Positions 10,607 through 24,100 of a DNA stretch of 64,000 bases are shown piece after piece. The stretch is from Amoebophrya sp. A120. Taxonomy: Eukaryota > Protista > Dinoflagellata. Position numbers and translations under genes: made by a program. Numbering within the stretch: the stretch's first letter is position 1; every line of letters begins with the position of its first letter. The stretch spans positions 643,309-707,308 of the forward strand of contig CAJINV010000015.1 of the NCBI GenBank assembly GCA_905178155.1, written 5' to 3'. The notes below the pieces were generated by a model. It made no database searches. It was not told the DNA's origin and was given only the letters and a program-made list of their open reading frames with translations.

Positions 10607-13600
10607 TCAGTTGTCAGCGGTATTAAACCCGAACGTAACCAGCAGACTTTGCGCCGCGACGCGGACTATATCCCGACTGTCCTCGACATTCGTCAAGGTG
10701 CGCAAGGTCGCAGCGACGTAGGGGAAAAAGTGGTGCTTGGTAAAGTCAGCCACGTGGTTGATATTCAGAAATTGCACCACCTGCTCGTGGTCTGCTTCCG
10801 AAGTATTTTTCTTACCTTGGCCGCTCCTTGTTTCGCCACTTCCACCCTGGGGAGCGACTCCTGCGAGATGGTGTGCGTGATGATATTTCATCCCATAAGT
10901 AGTCGTGGTCTCCAATAGCCTGCGTCTTTTTCTCCTCGGAGGAAATATGCAAGAGAAAACACAAATCTGAATCACGCGACCTGTAGAAGTAGTAGAGTGC
11001 CAGAGTATTTTTAAAAGTAGCATCAGCTTGTTGCATGCAGCATGCTGAACCGAAGTTTTCTGCAGAACAAGGCAATGCTGAAGGACACAGAGAAGATGAA
11101 ATAACCTAGGGTACGTGAGAAACTCATTTGCGCTCCTGATGCAGCGGAAAACATCAGGGCGGAAGATCTGAAGCGTGCTTTTGTGGCAGTGGCTGCACAA
11201 AAAGCCTTTCGTCCTCCTGGAGAACTGCAGATATTAATTTCTGACAACTGAGCATGGTTGTACTTCTACCGGCGCATTATTCTTGTCCTCTATCTTCCTG
11301 TAGGATAGGTAAACACACACCAGAGTAGCCCGCCGCGGAGAAAAGGGGCGAGCGCAACCTCCTGTGCGAGGAGCAGGGCATCATGATCGTCCTGTGATGT
11401 TGTCGCGCGTCAGGCGGACCAGAAGACATTTCCGTGAGACGAAAAAAGTGCTGTGAAATAGATGAAGATGCGCCAGTACTCGCAGCGCCGCTGCCTGATG
11501 CCGCTACACCTCCACTTGCAACGAGAGATGCTGCCGAAGCGCCGTCTCCCATGATATCGTCTTTCCGAAGACCTTGCTCTGTGTCGCTTCTACCGGACGA
11601 ATCCGGCAGGAGAGACGCCATATGTTCCAGGATCCTTTCCGTCCATTTAATGGTCAATTCCGCGAGTTCCCTTGCCTGCCGAATCCGCGTTTGCACGGCG
11701 TCGTGCGATTCCGCAAATTGCGTGATGTGAGGAGCGTAGACCGTTTTGAACACTTCCATAAGGGGCGCGTAGTACTCCTGTTCTTGCAGGAGCGCCGCGC
11801 CGAGCACGTCGGAGAGCCGCGGAGTGCTGTGAAGCTGCTGCTGCCCCTCCAGCTGCCTCTTGTGGCGCGACTGGTGAAGACGCTTCTTGTCCTCGTCGCG
11901 ACTTTTGGCAAAGGCCGTCGCCGTCGTGTCTTGCAGAGCTCCTGTGCCCGCTTGTGGTGCTGTATTAAAGTTAACGACATTCCCCTTCCCCAAAAACCGC
12001 TTTTTTTGCAAAAAATTGCAGGTACGAAAAAAATAAAATTCAAGCCCGTCCGACACCGCCTCCGCCGCCGCTCCGACCTGTTTATCTAGCTACATCATCA
12101 TCGTCATCATCATCTATATATATATGTGTCCCATGGGCTAGCTAGTTCGTCATCAGTTGACTTAATGAAAGCAAGTAAAAAGATCTTCTTTTTTCGGTCC
12201 TTTTTGCAGGGTCTATCAGGGTGGGACGCTGGCTCCTGGCCCCAGGTGGGGCCAGGAGCCAGCGTCCCACCCTGATAGACCCTGCAGAAAGGACCGAAAA
12301 AACAAGACCTTTTCACTTGCTTTCATTAACTGATGACGAACTAGCTAGCCCTATATATATATATGTATATATGTAGATGATGACGATGATGATGAAAGTA
12401 GCTAGATAAACAGGTCGGAGCGGCGGCGGAGGCGGTGGCGGACGGGCTTGAATTTGTTTTTTTTCGTACCTGCGTTTTTCTTGAAAAAAAAGCGAAAATG
12501 GGGAAGGGGAATGTCGTTAACTTTAATATGCTGTGTTCATCTTGTTCACTGTCTCAACATCATGCAGCACTCCTTGGAAAGCTGCAGCCATCTGCTCCCT
12601 TTGGTGGTACGACCCACCTCCTTGTTCGGGAATCAGAAAGATAAAGTACTCGGCGAGAGTGGGTAAATTGTCCCAGGTGCTGACATCTTCGTGCCCTACC
12701 GGTGGGACGACCACGTTGTGAGCACCAGCGGCTCCCATCATCATGTTGTGGCCCGGTGCAGCTTGTACGAAACAATGTCCAGCGCCAGCCCTTGAAGAAG
12801 CAGCGGCAACATGCGGCGGCTCTGCTGCTGGGCAGGAAGAAGTCGACGACGAGGCTGCACCTGCGCCAAACAGCGTCGAGGAGCTTCTGAAAATTGAAGG
12901 CGCGGCCGCCCGCTGCTCGTCCCCAGTGGCTTGTTTAGCTTGTCGGTTATTTTCTTTGTTTTTATCAATTTCCAGCAGGAAGACCAGGTACTTTCTAAAG
13001 AGCTCGCGCGTCAATGCTTCTTGCTCGATCGTATACACGACGTCTGGCTCGCACAACGACGTGAAGCTGCTGCTGTGTTTAGGTAGTTCTTGATGACTAT
13101 GGGAGTGTCAGAATCGAAATTGACAAAGTCGAAAAATTTGTGATGCACAAAATCGATGTCAGTTGGAGCCCTAGTTTCCAAGTGGCGCATGACAAATAAT
13201 TTCGGGAGCACCCACATCCAGTCTGTCATGCTGTTTGGGCAAAGAAGACTGCTCCTGTCATGCTACTCTGGCAGCACATCGTATACCACTAAACAGGCTT
13301 ACAATCGGCCTCATTTGCCTGCTCCCCAATACAGGCCTTCAGTGCCCTACATTTTAAGCATCACAAATTTTTCGATTTTGTCGATTTCGATCCTGACACA
13401 CCCATAATGACCACGCAGGTCTTCATCCTCTTCCGTGGTGAGACGCCACGGCCTGGTGGTGCAGCTCTCAGTGCAAAATTCAACATCGACATCAGTGTCA
13501 TCTTGATCGCCGACGACGTTATCCATAGAAAAAAACCCATCCCCATCCATTTTTTGCATGACAAACATCGAATGTTATGCATATTTTGCGTGACGAATTG

Positions 13601-16600
13601 GATGGAAAGATGGATGGGTGTGTTTTTGTGGATAGTCATCCCCGGCATCGGACAGAACCTCGTCCTTCTGATGCGCTCTTCGCGGCCCATGATCAACATT
13701 GCAGCCAGCATGATCATCCCCAAAGCCAAAGCCCCCTGCTCGGAGTTCTTCCGAGTTGATGGCAGCATCGAACAAAATGTCGATAATCTTTTCGTCGAGC
13801 TGCTTTTTCAGTAGATCCGCCACCGCGCGCATCGTGTCATCATGCTGCCGTTCTGGCGACGAGTTCGTGCGTGTCATGCTACAACCAGAGCCAGAGGGGA
13901 CCACGTGGCGTAAATCCTTTGATGTTCTTCCGAGCACGTCTTCGCGCCTGTCGGGCGAGAGTAGAAGCTGCCCACGATCAGGTGGACGGGAAGATGGTGG
14001 ACCTCCACCAGCCTCACGAGCACGGTCGTCGAGCAAGGAGAAGGAGCCGCTATTCTGTGACCCTACTCCTGGTCCACCTCCGCCTGCATAGCCGCCTAGT
14101 ATTTCTTGAAGGCTGGAGGAGCTCGAAGCCGCTGCAGAAGCACCCTGGAAGTAGGGGCAAGACGACGCTGCAGCGGCGGCCGCCGGACCTCCAGCTGGTG
14201 GTGGTGGACCATCTAGTGATCCTTGTCCTTGCAACTGAGTTGTACTAGTACTACTGCCCGAAGAACGCTGGTGGTGGTAAAGATGGTCCTGTTGTCCGGA
14301 AGATGAAGCTGCTCCTGCACCAGCTGACCCACCACGCCGCGGAGCTCCTCCTATCGGAGCCCCAGCAGCTCCAGGTGGGCTTCCAAACCTGCCCGCACCT
14401 CCGTCCTCATCCATCATACGGCTGGCGGACATCTGTCGCGACATCGGGGGCGTCGTGCTCGCGTCTGAGGCTACCCGGGTCCACACGCGGGGGGCGCCGT
14501 CGGAATAAATCCGGTAATGTTGTTCCTCGTCCTGCTCGTCGTCCTCACTGTCATCTAGGTCGAACGAGCTGGGCCAACACGCGCTGACACTGATGTTTTC
14601 TTGCGAGTCCTGCGACACCGAGAGTGGTGGCCGCGGCCGCGGCTGCAAGGCTCCCAACCGAAGCTGCGGAAGTAGGGGTGGAGACCCGTGCGGCCGCGGG
14701 GCGTCGTGCATTTGGAGCTGGTCCTGTTGGTCCACAGCGACCCCATTGCCAGCTGCCTCCTGACGCATGTTGCAATCAGGTAATTTTTGTACATGAAGAT
14801 CTTCTATCTCTATCATCTGCTGCTGCTGCTGTTGTTGAGAATTCGACGCTGCAATTGCCGCTGCGTCGTCAAGCCCCCCCGTCCGCACACGCTGTACTTG
14901 CTTATGCTTGCCTGGCCTACGCCTAGTCTCGTCATCTTGATCTTCGTCTCCTCGACTCGTCTTCCGCTCCTGCTCCATCATTCGAGCTAGTTGTTCCGGC
15001 GTCGTGGGCCATGGAAAAGCGGACGGGGACGAGGACGACGCAGCGGCACCGAAAATCAGAGGTCGTGGCCCCACTACTTGCGCAACAGGAGCTCTACTCC
15101 CGCCCGCACCACTGGAGGTAGCGGGCCCAGCAGGTGCGCCAGGAGGACCCCCGTCGGCCTGACCCGCGGCAAGAGCTCCAACGGTTGAACTAGAAGGTCT
15201 GCCAGAGCTTCTAGACGGTTCGATGTGCAGAACGTCCATAGGACTCCGTGATAGCCCTAAATGACGTTGTTTGGGCTCTTTGGTTTTACCAGCACATGTC
15301 CTCCGGTGAGATTCTTTTTCTTCGTCTTCCTGCGAGGAAGGCAAAGTCGCGCCATCTGGTCCTGTGGGGCCGCCTGCGTGAGGAGGCTGTGGAGATGAAG
15401 TCCTTGCACCACGACAAAAATCCTCTTGCTCCTGTAGTTCCATCTGGTCACGACCTCCCTTATCCGTTTGCTGCGAACACAGCAGCCGGGTCATCTCTCG
15501 CAGTTCCAGGTGGTCTATCAACCAGAAAAGTTGTGCGAACGTCAATTCCATATCGCTTCACACATTGATTGCAGGCGGTGGCGCCGGGCATGACAGAATA
15601 ATAGATGCTTGATAAAATTGCATGTTGGTCCTACAAATTTTATTTCGATTTTGTGTTCGTCTTTCGTTTCTTGCACCATCACAAAGTCCGCGACCCATCA
15701 ACTAAGCAAACACATTTTTCTGTGATACGGTCCTCTTCGTTTAGTGCCGAGGTTGCGCTTGCGGAGCTTCTTGGCGAACATAATTCGACGTCCATATAAT
15801 CGTCGCGGTGAGCACCAGCGTACAATCCCAGAGCAAAACTGTCTCGGTCATCTCAACTTTTTGCAGACTATGCGACACAATGTGGTCGTTGTACAGAAAA
15901 ACACACAAAAGCAGTGAAGATGGGTCAGATGGCGCAAGAGGTGGAAACACGCCCATTATAAGAACAACGGGGGCGGCATCCTAATTCTTCTTGAATGGCT
16001 AACATGAGCATCCATGACAAACACAAAAATAAAATTTCTTGAACAACGAACTTCCGCGTACAACAGCAGGGTAAGTAGAATGATGAGACTTCTCACTGAG
16101 ACAGTTTTTTCTCGGGATACAGGATGAGCATGAGTATTAAAGGGCGGCAGACGAGGGACTACCGGCGCAGGTTGTGCTAGCAGATGACCTCCAGGCGGCG
16201 CGCCGTCGTGCTGCTGGGCGGGAAAGGCGACAGGGCCCTGGCTTGGGATGTGCTGGGCCTGCCGTTGAAGGTCAGCTCCACCAGGGTCGTCTTCTTGTAG
16301 CCCGACCCCTGCCCCGCCATGCACCTCCTCCGCATCAAGATGTTGATCATGCCGTTCTGATGCATCAAGAGCCTCTTGCATCAAAAATATCTCCGGGGTT
16401 GAGCGCCCAGGTACCGTTCCAGGAAGCTGCCAATGGAATTGCTCCTCAATTTCTTCACGACCTCCCCCGGCCCCGTAAAGAAACTGTTGCTCGCCCGGTG
16501 GGCTAAGCATGCGCGCGAAGGGTAGTTGGCGAGTATGAAACACATCAGTTCTTGATGCGAACGGATGTAGGAGGCGGTCGTGGTGGTCTTGGGGCACCAC

Positions 16601-16906
16601 CATGGGTGGAATGTCTACCATCGCATTGTGCACATAGGAGCTTTCGCCACTAGAGCCGCCAGACTCTTGTCGATCCCACATCAGGAGTCTTTTCTTTTTC
16701 TTGCCCGGATCCGCTCCGCCACGACGATGCAGTTGCACCGCTGCTACGGCGGTTGAATTTATAGTAAGCCACCAGGTGGCGTCGATTAGGATTATAGACG
16801 TCAGCAACAGCATCTTCAGCGTCGATGCTGCCGTGAAGTTGTAAAGTTGTGTAGAAGTAGTTCTCATAATCATATTGCGGTTTGCCCTTGCGGATAAGAT
16901 TTTCAT
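10607..16906 (-). CDS. Hypothetical low-complexity (Ser/Gly/Ala/Gln-rich) protein with a possible signal peptide; 5' junction and 3' end uncertain
   Basis: ORFs 13575-15551, 13347-13568, 12523-13056 and 11277-12056 join in frame across elements 13520-13634, 13098-13406 and 11963-12528. Links to ORF 15956-16906 (MLLLTSIILIDATWWLTINSTAVAA) and ORF 10607-11200 are unresolved. Confidence 0.5.
11963..12528. mobile_element. Fold-back element acting as an intron; whole element is one hairpin with about 280-bp arms
   Basis: TATTAAAGTTAACGACATTCCCCTTCCCC at both ends, centre GGCCCCAGGTGGGGCC, TSD TGCTG; removal gives NKMNTA|PQAGTG. Confidence 0.9.
13098..13406. mobile_element. Introner family A
   Basis: TSD ATGAC, family A TIR. 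Confidence 0.9.
13520..13634. mobile_element. Introner family L (short)
   Basis: TIR TATCCA..AAAAA.ACCCATCC, TSD GACGT/GTCAT. Confidence 0.8.
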
Positions 16907-18360
16907 TTTGCTTTCCGATACTAAATAAAAAATGAAACCTGGGTGCTATTAAAGGGCGGCACCACTCATTTTCAGTGTTTGATACTAGTTGGCGTTCGCG
17001 TTATTTTCGAGTTTATCTCAGATGTTTCAGCCTTGACGTGTCTTCGGGCTTCAAATTTGATGTCTAAAGTACTAGTAGTCGATGATGTGAGGGGGCATCA
17101 TCAACTTTACATTGGTCGCCGCACGTCAGAAGCGTGGCCATGGCGCCACGCTGTCGGTAGAAACAACAAGGGTGTACATAGATACAGGTCTCAGAAAAGA
17201 TAAAGAAGGTGTGATAATAAGTACTTACATCAATATCAGGTGGTTTTTGTCAAAAACAAGGTTTGGAAGATTTTGATTTTGAGTTTGATATGTCCGTCGT
17301 GTAGTCCGTACTATAGGTTTTGCGATTAAGTTGTAAGTCATAACTCCACCTGAGCCACGACAAACGCCGCCTGCGTTTATTAGTTTTTGATGTGGCGTCC
17401 CCATTATCAAGAATCTACTAAGTAAGTAATCAACGCCATCTCATCCACCTCCACCAGGCCCTAAAGTCAAATGGATCTTCTCGCGTCAGCGGTTGCTGTT
17501 TGTGACCACTAACTAAAACTATCGAACGAAGTAGGAAGTAGTAGATCCACTAGAAGTACAACACTTCTTCCTGTTTATTGTGGATCTTCTCGTCGTCCGT
17601 ACATACTCCACCACAAGCGACGCTTATCTTCTCGATCTTGTTCCGCATCGTATCGTCAACGACCTCGACCTGCTCACGATCCAAGGATCAAACATCAGAT
17701 AGCTCCTGCTAGATCAGCATGAAGATGTAGTTGAAGTAGGTAGATCTCGACTGTCAACAGACCAACAAACAGCTTGCACGTCGAGATATCCAGATCTTCC
17801 AGGACGCACCCTGATATACAAGATGCGTATATCAATTCTTTCGAGGGCTTGTTCATCGCTTTTGGTGTTTCCTGCCGATAGGTAGACGTAGACCTAGTAT
17901 ATGCAGAAATACTGGATCTGGAAAGAAGAACCAACGTGCTCCGAATCAAGAGTGGTCCTCCCTTGATGTAATGCTGCACTGCTTCAGGTGTTTCAAGCGG
18001 AAGATCTTCTTCATGCGAAAAGAGTCTTCAGTTACAGACAGTAACTTAAGCGTACAGCTAGATCTTCGTGCAGCTGGTGGATCTATGCCCTTTGCTCATC
18101 AAAGGCAAGCGCTTTGCGCTTCTTCTTGGCAAGCGCTAATGTGCTCGAGGTACAACTACTCGCCAGCAGCACGACTAAGGTCGTACCTGCACGGCTTCCT
18201 AGAGATCATCGTCGTCCTGTTTCGCGGCACACGAAAATAACTGCGCTGCTATTTTTCTTACACGTTTACGATACTCATCATTTTTTTCAAGTCACGACAT
18301 TGACTACTTCTGGCGTTCTTTTGGTTCAACATTTATCGCTGTGTGGTCTTCTTCTACGAT

Positions 18361-19839
18361 CTATCGCATTCCCATCCCCAGAGCTAGTGTCCACAAAGAG
18401 CAGAAGATCAGAACTTCCTCCTTCTGCTTCCGAAATTCCTCCACGAGGCGGTTCAGTTCCGCCATGAGGTTCCACTTGTCCACGACAAAAGCTTATGCAC
18501 TGCAAAAGTATCGTACTCGTGTAAATGCATTACAAATTTTATTCTCAGCATGAAAAATAAAATTTGTAATGCGGATTTGACTTAACGAAAATATTTGTAA
18601 TGCATGATTGCACTACGAATACGATACTCTTGCACAGGATAAAACTTGGCAGAATTCTCCCTCGTCCAGTTCCTGCTTCACGTTTTGATTCTCCGTATCC
18701 TGTGCAAAAGTATCGTTCTCGTAGTAATCGCATTTATGCATGACAAATCTCTATTTTTCAAGGTAAATCAGCATGAGAAATTCCATCTGTCATGCTGAGC
18801 AAATTTGTAATGCGATTAGTACTAGTGCGTGTGCGATGCTTTTGCAAATTCATACTCCGGTAGCGAGCAGTCCACGTCGACCTCGATGAAGTCAATTACC
18901 TCGCTATCCTACGTAAAAACGTCCCCACACCATAGTCAAGATGGGAACTCTGCAACATAAATCTCCAAGTTTTGGGAGTTCTGCATCCCAAGTTTCCATC
19001 TGCAGTGTAGTGGTGGGTAGCAAGGAAAGCCGCATGAGAAAGCCATTTACTCATGCTGTTTGCAGCATTACAAATTCCAAAACACGACTGGAAATGCCTC
19101 TCAAGGAGATGCGCATTACAAATCGATTCCTGTTATTGCGCATTTGCATGACAACTTTGGTGTGGAGGGAACGTTTTTACACAGGATACTCGTCCGTGAT
19201 GCCCGGAGAGAGAGGAAGCTTTTTCAATAAAATCGGCGGAGTTGTTCTTGACGTTGATTCAGTTCCCTCGTCTTGTTCCCACGACCCGGCTGTGCTTGGT
19301 GGACCACTAGCTGCTGCTACTTGTGGCACATCCTGCTCCGGGACAGCCGTACTGCCAGAACTTGTATTCGTAATCACCTTCCCAACGTACCCCGTCTCTT
19401 CCTTTAGTTCCCGCAACGCGGCTTCTGTCACCGTTTCATTTCTATGATGGTCCACCAAGCCCGCCGGGAGTTCCAAGGTAAAAGCGTTCACTGCGGGCCG
19501 AAACTGCTTCACTAGAAGGATTTTCTCCTTGTTTTCTGGATTTAGTATTTCTGTCGGTGAAGAAGTTGTGCCAGTCTGGTAATTCCGTAAAGTTGCAAAA
19601 ATCGCCACGGCATCGATGCTGGATGAATCATTTTTTCTTGCTGCTGCTGCAACATTGTCCTCTCCTCCAGCTGCAGAAGTCGGGCTGGGTTTCGTGGTTC
19701 TCACCACTCTGTCCCATTTCCGCTCCCGGCCCGTCTGGTCTGAGTAGGTCAAAGTTTCCAGCCGGATCCATTTGGATTGGCCGACGAGGGCGGTCTTCGC
19801 GAAATCAACGGCGGGTTGGTGGAGCAGACGGCTCGTCAT
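18361..19839 (-). CDS. NUDT5: ADP-ribose pyrophosphatase, Nudix hydrolase (NUDT5/Ysa1-like), 4 exons
   Basis: KWIRLETLTYSDQTGRERKWDRVVR, LVKQFRPAV, Nudix box ELPAGLVD..ETVTEAALRELKEETGY, SPGITDE; removing three introners gives ...NQNVKQELDEGEFCQV...LWTLALGMGMR*. Confidence 0.88.
18494..18641. mobile_element. Introner family C
   Basis: TSD AAGCT/AAACT. Confidence 0.88.
18696..18854. mobile_element. Introner family C
   Basis: TSD CTCCG. Confidence 0.88.
18905..19188. mobile_element. Introner family E
   Basis: TIR TATCCT..GTAAAAACGT.CC, TSD CTCGC/CTCGT. Confidence 0.88.
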
Positions 19840-21151
19840 GTTGGACTGTTCCCCGTTGTAAAAATACGGTCGGAGCAAGAAGATGTTTATGTACACGACT
19901 ACTCTACTTATTTAGAGACCTACGACCTCCGAAGAGAAACAATATGGCGCAAATTTCTTCAGTACATCGAGAAGTAGTAGTGGACTGATGTTGTAGTGCG
20001 GAAGAACACGACAGCACGCAGGAATTTGGTGCTCCCCGTCACTTTTCCTGATCTATTTTGCTTTGCTGCAGATCATGGAGCTGTAGCATCGTTCAAATTC
20101 AACATATTCGTAGAAATTCCTTTACGTGTCGTGGTCGTGGTGCAGGCCAATGTATCTATGTAAGTCAATGTCAACAAATAATTCATCATGATGAGTCGCT
20201 GTCGCCCCAAAAAAGGTCCGCGTCATTTTCGCCTTTATTATGAAACAAATGCATCCTGATGTTCATGTTCTATTATATGTGTCCTGCTTTTTATGTCGAT
20301 TGCGCAGCTGATGCCGATGCGGAAACTGAGCTGCATCACAACTGCGGTCCTAATAATGGCCGAACTTTTTTGATAGACGCTTTGAAGCAAAATGTAACTT
20401 TTTTCATCTAAAAATCGCACGCGGTCATTTGCTATCTAACTTGTAGCTTTTCCGTGGTACTAATGAGCTATTTCTTCGAAATAGTCCTTGTTGAGTAATG
20501 CAGCGAGCCAAAAAAAAAGCGTATTTTTACGCCAATCAGGAAAAGTATTGTGCTTTTGTCTTCATCATGTGCAATGAAGTCAGCAAGTAACTGTAGTAAG
20601 TAGAGATGAGTGCTTTTTCTGATGTGTCGTTGTATTTCTAACGAATAGCTAATTAAAGCGGCCATCTCCTTATCCTTTCTTGGAACCCTGTCTACCTGAT
20701 TGAAAAGAAAATGCTAATGGTATATGATCAAATAGAAGAGGCGGAAGGTAGAGAATCTAGGAGCTGCGCAAATCTTAATCTATGCAGTACCGAAAGCAAC
20801 ACAAATAAACTTCGAAATTTTATTGCAACTCCTACAGTAGCAGCACTCCGGTGTCTCACTTGTGTTGAGAGGACATCAATTCTATTCTTGGAAACAAAAA
20901 CAAATCAACTTATCAAATTTAGAAATCAATATTTGGATCGACTCCTGATGTGGTGACCACTCCAAAAACTAGAAACGTGAACGTCGCAGATGAAGTTGAA
21001 GAGACTCACACATTTATTAAGAGGGAGGACCTGCAGTACTCAAGTGTAGTGAAAAGCATCAACTTCTTCGAGCGGTACAGTATATCACAAAATCCCCAGC
21101 ACATATCAGAAGTTTTTTTTTTTTTTCCTCTTTTTTTCTACTCCCTGCTAC

Positions 21152-24100
21152 TCAGGTCGTCTTAAACAAGTTCCCCATCTTGTTTTTCTCAAAATCCGGT
21201 AGCAATCGCTTCCGCATCGGTAGGCCCAACAGCGGATTTTTCGCCGCCAACTTGTACGCCCGTCGGCAGTGCCGCGAATTCCCGTGGGAATTCATCAAAG
21301 CGAGAAAATCGTGCTTGCACTTTTCCTCCGCGGTTGGTAATTCCTTGTTGTAATTCCGGCCATACACAACGCCCTTGTCTTTTTCCTATTACAGTGAAAA
21401 GTGCCCCCCACCCCTAAATTGCAAAAATTTGTGATGCGAAGTTTCCAAATGAAAACTTTTTGTCATGCATGAAAGCAATATGAATCTTTGTGATGCAGAG
21501 TCTAGGCGTATATAGCATTGCTTGCATGACAAGCGCCGCTTTTGCTCGGATCTTTTGCAATACAAATTTTCGCTATTCACGATTGGAAATCTGTGATGCT
21601 GCTAGATGCAAGAGGGCGAGTGTTTCTCTTAGAAAGGTTTGCAATACAAATGCTCCCGCCAAGTTCGGGGGTGGGGGCATTTTTCATTGTAATATTTCCG
21701 GTCGCTTCTTCTGGTCCATCTTGTGCATCAGTTTCAGCAGCTCCTTATCCGTTAGCCCCTTCGTCTTCTCCGGATATTCCGCACGGAACCGCTCGTATTC
21801 CCGTTGTTCTCGCTGCTTTACCACAATTCGGCGAATGAAATCTTCCTCGTCCGAAAGGTCTTCTTCGTTCTCTCGTTCGTCCGAGTCCTCTTCTTCGGTC
21901 TGTGAGTCCTCCGTCTCGGTAGCGTCCGGAAACTTTTCCACCATTTTATCCTCCTTGTACAACATCTGGAACAGATTCTCCTGCGCCCCGCTGTACCGCG
22001 CAAAATCGTGGATACCCGGATCGTTGTTCGGATTTTCTTCCCGGTAGTTGTGGCAGGTGTCCAGGAACGGGTCCTCCCAGCGGTTGTCAACGTACTCTTG
22101 GATTTTCTTGATATACCGCTGGGGATCGAGAGAAGCAAATTCCAGCTCCGCGGCCATGCGCGCCGGCTCGATGTTGTCTAGTTTTTGCTGCACGTAGAAC
22201 TCCAGTGGTAGGCCGTTTATCATGCCGTACTTGGACTGCTCCTGCGTCCTGCTCTGGACGTGCGATGTGGCGTCGCCGGGTCGCTTATCTGTAGAAGTCG
22301 CATTCTTCATCATCTCCGTCTTGATTTTTACCGCAGTCTGTGCTTCTACTTCTGCTTCCGCGTCATCTTCAGAAGGAGCTCGCTCCTTCTTTACTTTGAC
22401 AGCAGGCGGTGGCAGGCCTTGCTTACTTTCCTTTGCCCCGGTAGCTTTCTTCATAGCTTGCTTCATCGCCACCTGCTTCGTAGGTGTGGGTTTATTATTT
22501 TTCATCTGTTCGCCGTATTGAGAGGAAAAATCCCCCTCCCCATATCGAGCAGGTATGTTTCCGCAAATTTGTCTTGCTGATTTGAGACCACAAATCACGT
22601 CTGTCTTGCTAGAAGACAACTCCACAGGCTCTGCCGCATTATGCAGGCGGTTTGTGATTGTGATGCTGTTTGGCCTACAGCATAGACGTTTCTCATGCTA
22701 AGCGCCTAGGCCAAAAGCTCTCTAGTACTGAGGCTTGGCAGGAGCCTGCTTTCCTCGACTGCAAGACAAACGCAAATCCAGCATCAGAAACTTCCTTTAT
22801 TTGATATGGGGAGGGGGGATTTTTCCTTGTGATACGCCGGTCTTCTTGTTCTTTTTGCTAGCCGGTGTTTCAACAAGCTTCCTTTTCTTCGCGGCCGGAG
22901 ACTTTGCTGGTGCATCAGAAGGGTTCTTATCGGCCTTCTTCATCACGATTATTTCGTCCGGTTTTTTCATATCACTTTTATCCTCGTCACTGTCGAAGAC
23001 CGCCGCGGCATGATCGGTAGTTTCTTGTTGCCCTGCTTTGGTTGTACTATTCTTGCCAAAAATGCTAGACGTCGACAAAGCGCCTGGCTTCTCATCCCGA
23101 CGGCGCAACATGTCGGCAAACATGGAGCTGGAAGATTCGTCCAGCTCCTGCTGGTCGCACTTCATCGTGTTCTTCGACATCAATCTTCCCGCTCGCTGCT
23201 TCTCCATTTTGTGCACGACCGAGAGTGGCACATTGTACTCTTTATTGTCCATCAAAGCTGCCAACGTGGTCGCTGTTCCTGTAGTTCCACTTCCGCCCAC
23301 GACTTGCTGCTGCTGAATTTTCATCTCCAACTTCGCCCTCCTTCGCTCCGCCCGCAAATTCTCCGCATCTTGCTCGGTCTCCTCTTCGAATTGGGACTTT
23401 GTCAAAAGCTCCGCGGTGGTTGAAAACGTCTTCAGAGCTGTAGTGCTGTTGTTCGAAATAGTACTTTCTGCTTCTGCAACAGTACTAGCTGTAGTAGTAC
23501 CCGACGACGTGAAGTAGAACAGAAAAACTTGTTCTACTTTGCTGGACGGGTGGTCTACTTCGTCGGTAGAATCTTTTACGTTTCCAATTTCTTCAGCGTT
23601 CTTGTCATTCTTCTTTTTTGATGCACCAGCAGCAGCTTGCTCATCACCGTGGTCTTCAAATAGGAATTTATAATTGTCCACACAGTAACTCGTCTTCAGC
23701 ATCTGTTCTGCATTGTACTTCAAGACCGACGCCAAGGGGATCTCGATTGTCAGAAGAGTGGTGGACTTCATCTTGTTCGAAGTTCTCCCATTGGAAGGAG
23801 GACTGCTAAAGCCTTCCTCCATTTTGATCAGCACAGAGGCCTGACTCTCCTGCTCTAAAACTTCTTCTTCCTGCAAAATCCTGAAAGTGGTTATGGAAGC
23901 GTCAGGATTGAAATCGTCAAAGTTGAAATAGTTTGTGATGCATAAAATGCAACCCACAAAATGCCTGTCTTGCAGAGTAGGCAAGGGAGGCAGATTGTAA
24001 GCCTCTTGAGGGGTAGTGGTAGACATAGAGCTGCTAAAGTAGCACGACAAAAGACGTCTTCCTTACCCAAACAGCATTACAAACTGAATTTAGGCACAGC

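Noticed and set aside
12140-12350. CTGATGA in both arms of the rod-like hairpin, suggesting a hammerhead ribozyme or viroid-like element
   Set aside because: It is followed directly by CGAAC with no stem II and no GAAA, and its presence on both strands is just a result of the palindrome.
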